Below are positions 1 to 13,735 of a stretch of 64,000 bases of DNA, in pieces; position 1 is the first letter of the stretch, and each line of letters begins with the position of its first letter. The position numbers and the translations under genes were made by a program. This DNA comes from Octopus vulgaris (taxonomy: Eukaryota). Below the pieces are notes generated by a model that did no database searches, was not told where the DNA came from, and was given only the letters and a program-made list of their open reading frames with translations. The stretch is taken from contig OX597836.1 in NCBI GenBank assembly GCA_951406725.2, forward strand, positions 14,322,001-14,386,000, given 5' to 3'.

Positions 1-214
1 CTGCACACTACAGGGTTTTCGAATATTTGTATATGTAAAGTATACCTTACTTTGAATAAATATGCTGTTTGTATCTAGCGAGTCGTAAAATCCGTGATCC
101 AGTATAAAATACAGCATAAACTGCTTGACGAACAGCAACGTGAAACTCTGAGTAACAGTTTTTGTGATATTTTTGCAGCTTTTTTGTGATAATTTTGCAA
201 CTCTTCTCCCTAAA

Positions 215-835
215 ACTAAGGCGGTAAAGATATGCAGTGATATACATCTGGAAAATCTTGGAAGGCCTTGTAACAAACTTTGACAATGAAACTTACACAA
301 ACAGCAGAACGGAGCGGCACTGCATAGCGCCAAAGATCTCAGCATCGCCCTGAAAATACAGGACCAGATACTGCAACAGCTTGGGTTCCAAGGGCCCACA
401 GCTCTTCAATTGCTCTTCAAAATGCCTGAGGGACCTGCATAGTGTGGATGAATTTCGCATTTGTCACCCTTATTAACCAGTTTAGAACAGTTAGATTTTG
501 CTATAACGCACATTTTCCTCTGAACTCGACCAGAATATTTACGTAACTAGGTGGACACTAGTTTGATAGTTGAGCTCTGATTGGCTGTATGCAAATGAGT
601 TCATAACTGGGGTCCGGAACTTTCGTGGGAAAAAACAAAACTGGATCTCATTTGTGTCAAGGGTTCCATATGAACCTACCTCACAGCAAGAAACACAGAC
701 AAGAAAACAGCATCAAACTCCCTCATTCACCAAATGTCACAGATCAGAGGAGGCTTCAAATAATGAAGGTATAGCACAGCCAACGGTAGTGCCCCAGCAT
801 GACCACAGGTTTAAAGGTGAAACAAGTTAAAGAGT
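215..835 (+). mobile_element. Decayed 3' end of a CR1-group LINE (ORF2 C-terminus plus 3' UTR), interrupted by a 190-bp insert at 450-636
   Basis: Translation across stops and frameshifts gives RYAVIYIWKILEGLVTNF...YCNSLGSKGPQLFN...CLRDLH, then after the insert KTKLD..VSRVPYEP...ASNSLIHQ, typical of the post-RT C-terminus of CR1-type LINEs. Ends in ccccagcatgaccacagg...gaaacaagttaaagagt. Confidence 0.7.
450..636 (+). repeat. ~190-bp dispersed repeat, copy 1, ending in an A-run
   Basis: Near-identical to 5979-6169 (gaatttc.catttgtcacc...ctgattggctgtatgcaaatgagttcataactggggtccggaactttcgtggg-An). Confidence 0.85.
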
Positions 836-942
836 TATGCACACACACACGCACACACACACATACTATTATATGCGTGTGTGTGCGTGTGTATCTATAT
901 ATAAACATATATCATATATACCTGTTTTGTATCTATGTATGC

Positions 943-999
<57 letters not shown>

Positions 1000-1524
1000 T
1001 ATACGTATATGTATATATATGTATGTATGAATATATATATATGTGTGTATGTGTGTGTGTGTGTGTGTGTATTATGCATACATTTTCATATGCACTCAAA
1101 GACACGCACACACACACACAGACTATTTATTTTTCAGACCAAACGGCTACCCAACGATGCAGACAACCACCCAGACAACCGCCCAGACATCCCACCAACC
1201 TACTGAACAACCAGACACTCGTCCAGCCAATCATCCGTCTAACTCTGTCCTCATATTGCCCACCCCTGACACCCATCTACCCGTCCAATCTCCAACCATT
1301 GCATACTTCTCCTCTCTCCCGCTCTTCCCCCTCCCTCACTATTGCCACACAGCACACAGGGTCGCAATTACGGTTTTGGATTCGCTTGCCATGTGGTTTT
1401 AGTTTGGGTGCCACCCAGGTCGGTACACCACAGGGAAATACACACACACACACACACACACGCTCACAATACTGTATATGTATACATGTGTGTACACATG
1501 CATACATACATACATACATATATA

Positions 1525-1567
<43 letters not shown>

Positions 1568-1698
1568 GTGTGTGTATATACATATACACATATATATATA
1601 TACATACAAACACACACAGGGAAAGAGATAAGGGGATTGAAATATGACGGATACAAGGAAAGTCAGATAGATAGATTGATAGATATATGAATGGATAG

Positions 1699-1780
<82 letters not shown>

Positions 1781-1809
1781 GTGGTGTGTGTGTGTGTGTG
1801 TGTGTGTGT

Positions 1810-1885
<76 letters not shown>

Positions 1886-2055
1886 GTATATATAAGTGTG
1901 TGTGTGTATAGCTACATTTGCTTTTGTTCATAGACCTGTTGTTCGTCTTTTGTTTTTCTGTATGTATGTATGTATGTATGTATGTATGTATGTATGTATG
2001 TATGTATATATATATATATATATATCTGTGTGTGTGTGTGTGTGCGCGAGTGTTT

Positions 2056-2103
<48 letters not shown>

Positions 2104-2381
2104 GTGTGTGTATGCTTATATATATATATATGTTTCGTTTTTGTAATTGGTTTCTAAGATTCTTTATGTGACGTCGTGAGTTGAAGCGTATTTTATAGTG
2201 TTTGTAGAGAGTCAATTCAGTTTTAATGCCTTCTTAATTAACACACTCACCGGTTCGCTTTCCAAACATTTACTGATTTATTGTTGCCTAAAATTTTCGT
2301 TGCTTCTTGTAACTTCTTCTGTAGACCTGAAGAGTTTGCAAAAAGAAGCGAAAATTTTAGAAAACAATAAATCAGTAAATG

Positions 2382-2436
<55 letters not shown>

Positions 2437-2625
2437 CATGTATGTATATATATATATATGTATATTATTTATATTATATATAATATATATATATTATTTA
2501 CAACAGATACATATATACACATGTATATATATACGATGAGCTTCTTTCAGTTTCCGTCTACCAAATCCACTCACATGGCCTTGGTCGGCCCAAGGCTATA
2601 TATATATATATATACTCACTAATAT

Positions 2626-2715
<90 letters not shown>

Positions 2716-2777
2716 TTATTTATTTATTTATCTATTTATCTCTATATATATGCATAAACACACATATATAAATATAT

Positions 2778-2808
<31 letters not shown>

Positions 2809-2923
2809 CATACATATATATATATAATAAATAACTATATACGTATATATATGTATATATATGTGCATATGTATATATATATATACGTATATATATATAT
2901 ATGTGTATATATACGTATATATA

Positions 2924-3000
<77 letters not shown>

Positions 3001-3037
3001 ATTTATATGTATATATATATATGTATATATATATATT

Positions 3038-3132
<95 letters not shown>

Positions 3133-3356
3133 GATCTTAGTCGAAGATTATCACCTCCGAATATTTCAGATCTAAGACCCAACAGTATGTAATTTTTGTA
3201 TGGGGACGGCGCCCCTGAAGTATATTTACCTCGCCTATGCTGTTGGTTATGATAATGAGTATCACTATATTAGCCACACAGAGGCATACACTCACACACA
3301 CACACATGTATACATCCACAAAGGTACACATACACACATATATACACACACAGAGG

Positions 3357-3412
<56 letters not shown>

Positions 3413-3569
3413 CACACACTGAGGCATACACATACATATATACACACACAAACATACATACACACACACAAAAGATACACACAGAGGCAGACACACACAA
3501 ACGCAAACACAGGCGCACACATAATCGCATAGAAAACACGTTCAAGTCTTGAATTATAAAATGAATATT

Positions 3570-3653
<84 letters not shown>

Positions 3654-4505
3654 ACACACACACGCGCACAAAATGCTCTCCAAAAAAAAAATTTCACACG
3701 TAAAAGAGAAGATAAAAAACCAAAACCTCGTTTCGTGTTTGATACATACGGGTGGTGCTTATTTTAGCAGGAGGGTATTGATGCTGTGCAAGCTAAAATG
3801 GGGTGCCGGGTATAAATATATATAATAATAATAGACAGACATGCCTTCTGGGTGGGACTGTAAAAAGATCGTCTGCGCCAATCAATTTATTTTTGTGAGT
3901 GTATGAAAAAGATGGCGGCGGCGAGAAACTACGGCGGAGACTGCGAAAGGAAGGGACGGCTTCTTAATGGAAACAGGTGGATTGGTTGATGTTGGCGGTA
4001 GACGAGGCTGTTGTTGACAAAATGCAGCATTTTAACTTAGATAATGTCTGTTGGGTGAGTGTTTAGGGATGTCGTTGTGTTGGTGTTGGCGGTGGTAATT
4101 GAGACGTTCGTGTTGGTGGTGGTGGTGGAAGTGATGTTAGTCGTTGTGCTAGCAGTGGGGGTGGTGGTGGCAGTGGAGGAGATGATGGCGATGTTTGGTG
4201 TGAAAAAGGAAGGGAAAGAAAAAAAATTGAAGAACAGGAAAACGATATCAGAATAGACACGGCTGGAATTGCTGTAACGAATTAATCCCTTAACGTTGAT
4301 GGTGATGGATTCCTGCGTGCGTGAATCTCACACATACATACATACATACATACATACATACATACATACATACATACATACATACATACATACATACATA
4401 CATACATTAATACATACACACACATACGTATATGTACATATATATATATGTACATATATATATATGTACATATATATATATATGTATATATAAAAGTATA
4501 ATATA

Positions 4506-4552
<47 letters not shown>

Positions 4553-4687
4553 AATGTATGCATATATTTGCTTCTCAAATACATGGTTCCAGGTTCACTC
4601 CCACCGCGTGGCATTTTGACCAAGTGTCTGCAACTGTAGCAAAGTTTTGTGAGCGGAATTGGTCGACGGAAACTGAAAGAAACCCGT

Positions 4688-4750
<63 letters not shown>

Positions 4751-4906
4751 AGTAAACACATAAATGTGAAACAAGGTGGAAAAAAGGGGTAGAGTAATAT
4801 GCTTTATTTAAAAGCAGCAGAAATTCAACAAAACCTGTTATATACGTATGTATATATATACATACATATAATGATATATATATACATACATATAAAGATA
4901 TATATA

Positions 4907-4971
<65 letters not shown>

Positions 4972-5130
4972 ATTCATATGTACATACAATACATACGTAT
5001 ATATGTATATACGTATTTACATATATATACATGTATATAAATGCATACGGATATATACACACGACACGGACACATATTTATATACAAATAAATAAACATA
5101 TATACAGGTATATAGGCATATATCTATATT

Positions 5131-5189
<59 letters not shown>

Positions 5190-5261
5190 TCATACGTATG
5201 TATATATGTATATATATATATACAAACATATATACATATGTATACACACATATATATATAT

Positions 5262-5304
<43 letters not shown>

Positions 5305-5483
5305 CATATATATATATGTATACACACACATATATATATACACACACACAAATGCACACACCATATATATATATATATATATATATACATGCATGCATAC
5401 ATACATACATACATTCATACATATAACGATATATATATATATATATATATTTACATATACACACATATTTATCCTCTATTTCC

Positions 5484-5520
5484 TGTTTCTGAAGAAGAGC
5501 TTTGCTCGAAACGTAAAATA
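5484..5520 (+). ncRNA. Minimal type I hammerhead ribozyme motif (Penelope pLTR-type)
   Basis: tgttt CTGAAGA a gagc-ttt-gctc GAAAC GTA aaata. Downstream sequence (5520-5590) recurs inverted at about 23195-23265. Confidence 0.6.
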
Positions 5521-5978
5521 CCCTTTCTATCCTTCCCTGAATGTCTTATTAATACTTTGCGTGTATCGCGTCCTCGCGTTGTTAGTTTTCCTCAATCAGA
5601 GCTCACCTTGAAAACCCACATACTGTGTACTATTACTGTACAGCCAGTCAGGCATAGAATGGTGTATGTCACTCTGTACAGCATAGCAGGTTTCACATAA
5701 GCACCACATTGCCCCATCATCCTTATAAATCAATTGAGCGCCGTCTCTACATGGAGCTAACATTAGGTACCTATGCTCAGACTGAGATTAGTGATACTGC
5801 ATGTACCCATTGATATATGCAAGGAGGACGCAATACGACACAACGCCATATTGATTACAATGTTTCCAGATCAGCACCAACATTTTAAATTAGGAATGTA
5901 CAAAATCAGTATTAATTACGCAAATTGGCAACAATTATGGCATCATCGGTGAGCAGTTCTCCATTCACTTTATACATT

Positions 5979-6169
5979 GAATTTCACATTTGTCACCCCT
6001 ATTAACCCGTTTAGAACAGTTGGATTTTGCTATAACGTACATTTCCCACTGAACTCAACCAGAGTATTTACGTGACTTTGTGGACACTAGTTTGATAGTT
6101 GAGCTCTGATTGGCTGTATGCAAATGAGTTCATAACTGGGGTCCGGAACTTTCGTGGGGAAAAAAAAAA
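5979..6169 (+). repeat. ~190-bp dispersed repeat, copy 2
   Basis: Direct repeat of 450-636. Confidence 0.85.
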
Positions 6170-6710
6170 TTTCGCTGCGGGTGCGTGTGTATGCGAGTGT
6201 GTATACTCGTCAATTGATTCTCTTCTGTTGAAACGCAACTTTGATCACCAATAGATAAAATCTCTCTCTTTCTCTCTCTCTCTCCTCCTCCTCCTCCGCC
6301 TCCTCCTCCTCCCCTCTCTCCTCCCCTCCTCCCTTTTTCCTCCCTTCCTCTCTCTGTATCTGTATATCTGTATTTTATCTCTCCTGCGTCACCTCAATGT
6401 TTTCTTTCATTTCACTGGACTTATTTATTAGCATCCTCTCCATCCCTCACTGTTTCTCACTTATCTCCCTTCTTCTAACAACCTCTTCACATTCTTCAAA
6501 AACTCCCTTCTCCGCCAATACAAAAATCCTTGCCAATCTCCGAGTCATCTTCTGCTCGAAAACAGACCATGTTTTGTTAGAAAGGTATTTGTTATTTAGA
6601 GCAGCGCAGTTGGTGGAATGGTCCAGAATTCTTCATTCTTGGCGGCGAGTGGGGCCGGTTTCACTGAAGAGAATGAATATCGATGTTCTTTCGCCAGTTG
6701 TTTACATGAA

Positions 6711-6783
<73 letters not shown>

Positions 6784-6854
6784 ACATGAAGACACACACA
6801 CACACACATACACACACACACACACACTTACATGAACACACACACACACATACA

Positions 6855-6885
<31 letters not shown>

Positions 6886-7139
6886 TTACATGAAGACACA
6901 CAGACATACACACACTCACACACACAAACACTTACATGAAGACACACATACACACACTCACGCGCACACACACGGTTACACACACGCTTACACACACAAT
7001 TATTCGTCTCTCTTTTCCCTCTCTCTCCCTCTCTACCTCTCACCTCACCTCTTTCTCTTTGTATATATTTGGGTGTGTGTGTGTGTGTGTGTATGTACTT
7101 GTTCATCTGTCAATCTATTTACTTATCTGTCTGCCTGCC

Positions 7140-7551
7140 TGCCTGTATGTATGCATATATGTATGTATATATGTTTATATGTCTGTGTATGCATGTATGT
7201 TTGTGTGTGTGTTTGTGTTTGTATGTATGGGTGTGTATTTACATATGTATGTATGCATGTATGTATGTATGTATGTATGTATGTATGTATGTATGTATGT
7301 ATGTATGTATGTATGTATGTATGTATGTATGTATGTATGTATTTATGTATATATGTATGTATGTATGTGTGCATGTATGTATGTATGTATTTATGTATAT
7401 ATGTATGTATGTATGTGTGCATGTATGTATGTATGTATTTATGTATGTATGTATGTGTGCATGTATGTATGTATGTATGTATGTGTGTATGTATGTATGT
7501 ATGTATGTATGTATGTATGTATGTATGTATGTGTGCATGTATGTATGTATG

Positions 7552-7582
<31 letters not shown>

Positions 7583-7842
7583 GTGTGCATGTATGTATGT
7601 ATGTATGTATGTATGCATGCATACACACATGTATGCATGTATGTATGTATGTATGTATGTATGTATTTATGTATGTATGTATGTATGTATGTATGTATGC
7701 ATGCATGTATGTATGTATGTATGTATGTATGTGTATGTATTATGTGTATGCATGTATGTTTGGATGTGTGTCTGTGTGTGTATGCATGTATGGGTGTGTA
7801 TGTATGTATGTATGTATGTATGTATGTATGTATGTATGTATG
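7140..7842. repeat. Long imperfect (TATG)n microsatellite
   Basis: About 700 bp of tatg-type units; source of the spurious CMYV ORFs. Confidence 0.95.
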
Positions 7843-7974
7843 TTTTGCTCCAAGTTGCGGGACTTGGACAATGTCCGGAGCCCTTAGGAACCGCCTGAAA
7901 TCTTTTGATACCAGATTAACGTATATTTCTACCAGGATTTGCAGGATTATGAGTTACCATAGATTGGATGTTGT

Positions 7975-8363
7975 GGATGGATGGAAGCACTCCGTCGGTT
8001 ACGACGACGAGGGTTCCGGTTGATCCGATCAACGGAACAGCCTGCTCGTGAAATTAACGTGTAAGTGGCTGAGCACTCCACAGACACGTGCACCTTTAAC
8101 GTAGTTCTCGGGGATATTCAGCGTGACACAGAGAGTGACAAGGCCGGCCCTTTGAAATACAGGTACAACAGAAACAGGAAGCAAGAGTGTGAGAAAGTTG
8201 TGGTGAAAGAGTACAGCAGGGATCACCACCATCCCCTGCCGGAGCCTCGTGGAGCTTTAGGTGTTTTCGCTCAATAAACACTCACAACGCCCGGTCTGGG
8301 AATCGAAACCGCGATCCTACGACCGCGAGTCCGCTGCCCTAACCACTGGGCCATTGCGCCTCC
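7975..8363 (-). mobile_element. Full-length tRNA-derived SINE (probably octopus OR type) with a 12-bp TSD
   Basis: Head GGAGGCGCAATGGCCCAGTGGTTAGG...GGTTTCGATTCCC (A and B boxes), (ATCC)n tail, TSD attggatgttgt at 7963-7974 and 8364-8375. Confidence 0.9.
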
Positions 8364-8563
8364 ATTGGATGTTGTATCCAACCAACGACTATCCTCGGAA
8401 ACTGGAACATATTCCGTTACTTGAATGATTCGTGAGGGTCAGCCCAGACTGCTTGGTCACGTTACTCGGTTTTTCGAGCTAGCTCCTGCTTCCGGTATTC
8501 TCTTCTCTGAGGATCCGGCTAATGTGACGGCTCATGTTGTTGGGCCATAGGCCACATGCCACA

Positions 8564-8956
8564 TACTCTTTTACTCTTTTACTCTTTTACTTGTTTCAGT
8601 CATTTGACTGCGGCCATGATGGAGCACCACCTTTAATCGAGCAAATCGACCCCGGGACTTATTCTTTGTAAGCCCAGTACTTATTCTATCGGTCTCTTTT
8701 GCCGGGGACGTAAACACACCAGCATCGGTTGTCAAGCAATGCTAGGGGGACAAACACAGACACACACACATACATATATATATACATATATACGACAGGC
8801 TTCTTTCAGTTTCCGTCTACCAAATCCACTCACAAGGCATTGGTCGGCCCAGGGCTATAGCAGAAGACACTTGCCCGAGTTGCCACGCAGCGGGACTGAA
8901 CCCGGAACCATGCGGTTGGTTAGCAAGCTACTTACCACACAGCCACTCCTGCGCCT
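8564..8956 (-). mobile_element. Dominant tRNA-related SINE of this window (family A), full length
   Basis: Head AGGCGCAGGAGTGGCTGTGTGGTAAG...GGGTTCAGTCCC, internal microsatellite, tail ...gactgaaacaagtaaaagagtaaaagag. Many other copies in the window. Confidence 0.9.
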
Positions 8957-9317
8957 ATGACATGGGTCATAACGGATGAAGACGTATCTCGCTGAGATGG
9001 GGGAACCAAGTGGGATACCGCTAGGAACACTACTTGAGATAACCTGAGCAAATGCTGACAAACAGTTGATGCAACGACGCGCTGCAACGGCGCCTGCTTC
9101 CTTTATCTGACCTGACACAACTTTCGATTACTGCCCTTTGTTCTTCTTTGGTGCACGTTGTTAGTGGAGAGGTCATGCTTACGCTGTAAAGCCAGAAAGA
9201 AAATTGGCGCGATCAGGCTTAAACTTCGATCACGTGTATCAACTATAAGCTCGCATGCGCAGAAGGCAGTGTGTGGACTTTCTGTCGTGTGTGTGTGTGT
9301 AAATATATATATATATG

Positions 9318-9364
<47 letters not shown>

Positions 9365-9415
9365 GGTGTGTATATCTATATGTGTATATGTTTATATATG
9401 TATATGTATATGCAA

Positions 9416-9510
<95 letters not shown>

Positions 9511-10226
9511 GCATGTATATATATGTGTGAGTATATATATATATACACACATTCACACACACACAGACACATGTATATATATATGTGTGTATATATATAT
9601 ATATGTATATATACATACACACAAATACGTATATGCATGTGTGTATGTATATGTGTGTTTGTGTGTGTGTGTGCTTGCTTATATTTGAAAAGAAAGGAGG
9701 AGGAGGTGTTGAGGAGGAGGTGTTGAGGAGGAGGACGATGAGGAGGAGTGGTGTTGGGGATGATGATGAGGAGAAAGATGAAGAGGAATAAGGGAAGTGA
9801 ATAGGAAGGCGGAGAGGAGTAACTGAAGAAGAAAAAGGTAAAAAAGCTAAGATTGAAAATCAATTGATAAAGTCACGGAGTAGCTTTTCTTACCTGTCCT
9901 CCTTACCTCTTCCCCTTCGTCTCCCTCTTCGTTCTCTCCCCTCCCCCATCTCTTCGCACACTTAGCTCTTTCCTCCCACTCTTTCACTTAGCTTTACCTC
10001 CAAGCTCTCCCCCGTCCCCCTCGCCACCTCTACCCTCTCTACCTTATCCGTGCTCCTAAGTTAAACATTTATTGTTACTAACTTTCGACTAAAGTGGTGA
10101 CATTTCGTACTTCTGACACCACAATGACAACAACGGCAGCAACAGCAACAGCAGCAGCAATAGTAAGAACAACAGCAGTAGCAACGACAGCAGCAGCAAC
10201 AGCAAGAATAACAGCAGCAGCAACAT

Positions 10227-10420
10227 CCGTTCAAGAATTTGGACCTGGAGATCTCCATTTCCAGAGACTTCGAGGGCCACCTCCCAGTGGTGTCGGGCGT
10301 CAACGAAGAGCCTTCGACTACAACAAGACGACCAAAGTTTTTTTTTCCAAGGTCTGGGGGTCTCCCGCCCCTAAGCCCTAGACCGTCACCTAATCACCCT
10401 TACCCGTCTTGTTGCTTAAC
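10227..10420 (+). repeat. ~190-bp GC-rich dispersed element embedded in CAG/CAA repeats, copy 1
   Basis: Reverse complement of 51724-51918 with the same boundaries. Confidence 0.85.
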
Positions 10421-10571
10421 AACAACAACAACAACAGCAACAGCGACAGCAGTAGCAGTACGAATCTGGCGCTGTCTCTGCCGGTCCCCCACGTGATACA
10501 AGATGGATGAACTTGCTTTGGAAACACATTCAATGTTCTGCATTACTTCTGGATATCCTTGATGCTTATTT

Positions 10572-10693
<122 letters not shown>

Positions 10694-12021
10694 ATATACG
10701 TACATACCTACAAATATATATATAGGAACGTGTCTGTGTATGCATATACATAAGTATATTTATATATATATATATACATATATTTTATATATATAGAGAG
10801 GGAAAGAGAGTTTAAGAGGGATAAGGTATCCTGGTGGATACTGTATTTTCACTCAGATTGGTTTAGATGTGAATAAAATCTCCATTCTCCTCTTTGTTAT
10901 TATATCAATGTTATACACACGCACACACACACACAGGCACATGCACGCCCAAACACATACACATAGGCGCTACGATACATACATATACACATGCTCCACA
11001 ACCACACTAAGACCACCACCACCACCAAACTCGGTACAACCCACTCACGCTACCCACAAGCTACTGACACACCTCATGACGTGCCAACGCGATAGTTCCC
11101 GGGGATCAGTGATCTCATAATTCTTCTCACAACTAGGACAAGTGGGAGCAGCGGACAGTGTGGTGCGGATGTTCAGGGGGTGGTTGTGGCAGTGGCGGTG
11201 ATAGTACGTGGATGGTGACGGGTGGTGTGTCTTTGGAGGTGAACGCTTGCGTTTATTGTTTTGCAACATTGACCCACCGCTTTCTGTTACGAGCATATGT
11301 CATTCCTCATCTCCATTGCCGGCACCATCACCACCATCACCACCACCATCACCATACCACCACCACCACCACCACCACCACCACCACCACAATCACCACT
11401 GCTGCTGTTACCACCGGCGCCGCTGCCACCAGCACTGCCGTCACCACCACCACCATTACCACCACCGCCACCGCCACCACCGCTGTCACTATGACCACCA
11501 CCACCACCACCACCACCACTACCACGACTATCGTTTCCACCGCCACCACTGCCACCACAACTACCATCATTGTGACGACGACCACCACCACTACTAACAC
11601 CACCCCACAACCACCACTACACCACCACCACCACCACCACCACCACCACCACCACCACCACCACCATCACCACTACCATCACTACCATCAGTTCTGGTAA
11701 CGGATGGTGTTAGTGGGTGGGCAATGGCATTTCCTTTACTGCAACATTTACCCAACATATTTCTGTTGTGTGCAAAAAGTCATTCCCCACCATCGTCCCC
11801 ACCGACACTATCTCACATCACTACCACCATCACCATCATTTTTTGATAATGCCTTCGGGTTTATGTTCCTACAAGTTTTCTGTTCTGTCAAGTACATACT
11901 CGGTGCAAAGTCACTATGGGCTACCCTTGTTATGTTATCACGCCACCGCTCATATTCTTTCTGAGCTAGTGGTGTACAGTGACGAGTAATATAACATACA
12001 GTCTCCCCCACCCATTCTTTC

Positions 12022-12275
12022 AGGCGTAGGAGTGGCTGTTTGGTAAGTAGCTTGCTTACAAACCACATGGTTCCGGGTTCAGTCCCACTGCGTGGCACCT
12101 TGGGCAAGTGTCTTCTACTGTAGCCTCTGGCCGACCAAAACCTTGTGAGTGGATTTGGTAGAATTTGCCGCTCATCCTTTTGGGGTCGATAAAATAAATA
12201 GTAGTCGAGTACTGGGTTCGATGCAAATAATTTACCTCCTACACCGAATTTGCTGACATTGTACCAAAATTTAAA
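12022..12275 (+). mobile_element. SINE family A 5' half fused to a SINE family B 3' part
   Basis: aggcgtaggagtggctg...gtggatttggtag followed by tttgcc..tcatcctttt.gggtcgataaaataa. Confidence 0.75.
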
Positions 12276-12339
<64 letters not shown>

Positions 12340-12645
12340 TTCAGTAGTCTTATTTTTATCACGTACTTTCACTGCACTACTGAGTGCAGCTATGTGTGCC
12401 TTGGGTATGTGCTGTGGTGCTCTTATTTTCACTGTATTGAAAGTGTTTTACGTAGGATGTGTGCAGTGCCCAGTAGTGCAATTTTCTGCATGTTATATAT
12501 ATTTGTAAGTTCTGGAGTTTTTGTTATGTATTTGTCTAAATGTTTTTTTTTATCATACCTAAAACGTTTATTATGATAGGAATTGTTTCTGTTCTTAGGC
12601 TCCACATTCGAGCTACCTTTATTTCTAGATCTTTGTTTTTCGAGA
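12340..12645 (-). mobile_element. 3' end of an R4/Dong-like RLE non-LTR retrotransposon
   Basis: KNKDLEIKVARMWSLRTETIPIII...LGMIKK / HLDKYITKTPELTNIYNMQKIALLGTAHILRKTLSIQ*, a short 3' UTR, then a (TAG)n run. Confidence 0.75.
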
Positions 12646-13346
12646 AGCTGCCTCCTCCTCCTCCTCTTCTTCTTCTTCTTCTTCTTCTTCTTCTTCTTCT
12701 TCTTCTTCTTCTTCTTCTTCTTCTTCTTCTTCTTCTTCTTCTTCTTCTTCTTCTTCTTTGGACAATAAAGAGGAGAACGTGGTCGTGGTGCGGCGGGGGA
12801 GGGGGAGGAGAGAAGTAAAAATCCGACGCCAAAAAGAAGACATAATGAGGTAGAAACGGGTGTGTGAATGGGTTTGCTAGAAAACAAATATTGCAATTTA
12901 CCTCTTGAGAAGTGGTGAGAGTGTGAGGAAGGAGGATATCTGTAATGAAATGTGGTGGCAGAAGAGGGAGAGGGAGAGGAAGAGGAAGAGAAAGAGGTGG
13001 TGGTGGTGGTGGTGGAATGAAGGAAGGCAGGAAGGAGAAAAGGAAGAACAGGAGTGTGTTAATGGACCCATTGTGTCAACTGGTTCGTGTGTCCTGACGA
13101 ACATTTCAATAGATAAATGTTGACATTCGAAGTGTCAAAGTGTAGCGAGAAGAAAGAGGCTGGGTTAAAGAGAACGGAAAGAAAGACCTAACGGAGGAGA
13201 GAGAAATGTGGAGGGCAGAGAGAGAGAGAGAGAGAAGGAAAGGAGAGAGAAGGGGAGAGCAAGCGAAGTGAAACATGAATGTATACATGCATACACATAC
13301 ATATATAGATACACACACACACACACACACACATACACACATATAT

Positions 13347-13628
13347 GGAGACACAATGGCCCAGTGGTTAGGGCAGCGGACTCGCGGTCGAAGGATCGCG
13401 GTTTCGATTTCCAGACCGGGCGTTGTGAGTGTTTATTGAGCGAAAACACTTAAAAGCTCCATGATTCTCCGACAGGGGGTGGCGGCGACCCCTGTGGTAC
13501 TCTTTCGCCCCAACTTTCTCTCACTCTCTCTTCTTGTTTCTTGAGTAACGCTGCGATGGACTGGCGTCCGGTCCAGCTGGGGGTGGGTGTTACACATATG
13601 CCACAAAAACCGGGAAACCGGGCCCATA
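13347..13628 (+). mobile_element. OR-type tRNA SINE with an alternative 3' tail
   Basis: Same head and body as 7975-8363, but tail is gagtaacgctgcgatggactggcgtcc...aaaccgggaaaccgggcccat. Confidence 0.85.
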
Positions 13629-13629
13629 A

Positions 13630-13675
<46 letters not shown>

Positions 13676-13694
13676 ATATGTATGTATGTATATA

Positions 13695-13735
<41 letters not shown>

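Larger units (their letters stand above)
7845..9116 (+). mobile_element. Decayed 3' end of an RTE-type LINE split by two SINE insertions
   Basis: Joined translation SCGTWTMSGALRNRLKSFDTR...RIMSYHRLDVV|SNQRL...RLLGHVTR...|MTW...VDATTRCNGAC, ending in a ctgacctgac tail. Confidence 0.6.

Noticed and set aside
450-6169. The two 190-bp direct repeats read as an LTR pair
   Set aside because: No TG...CA ends, PBS, PPT, TSD or gag/pol between them, and copy 1 lies alone inside a CR1 fragment.
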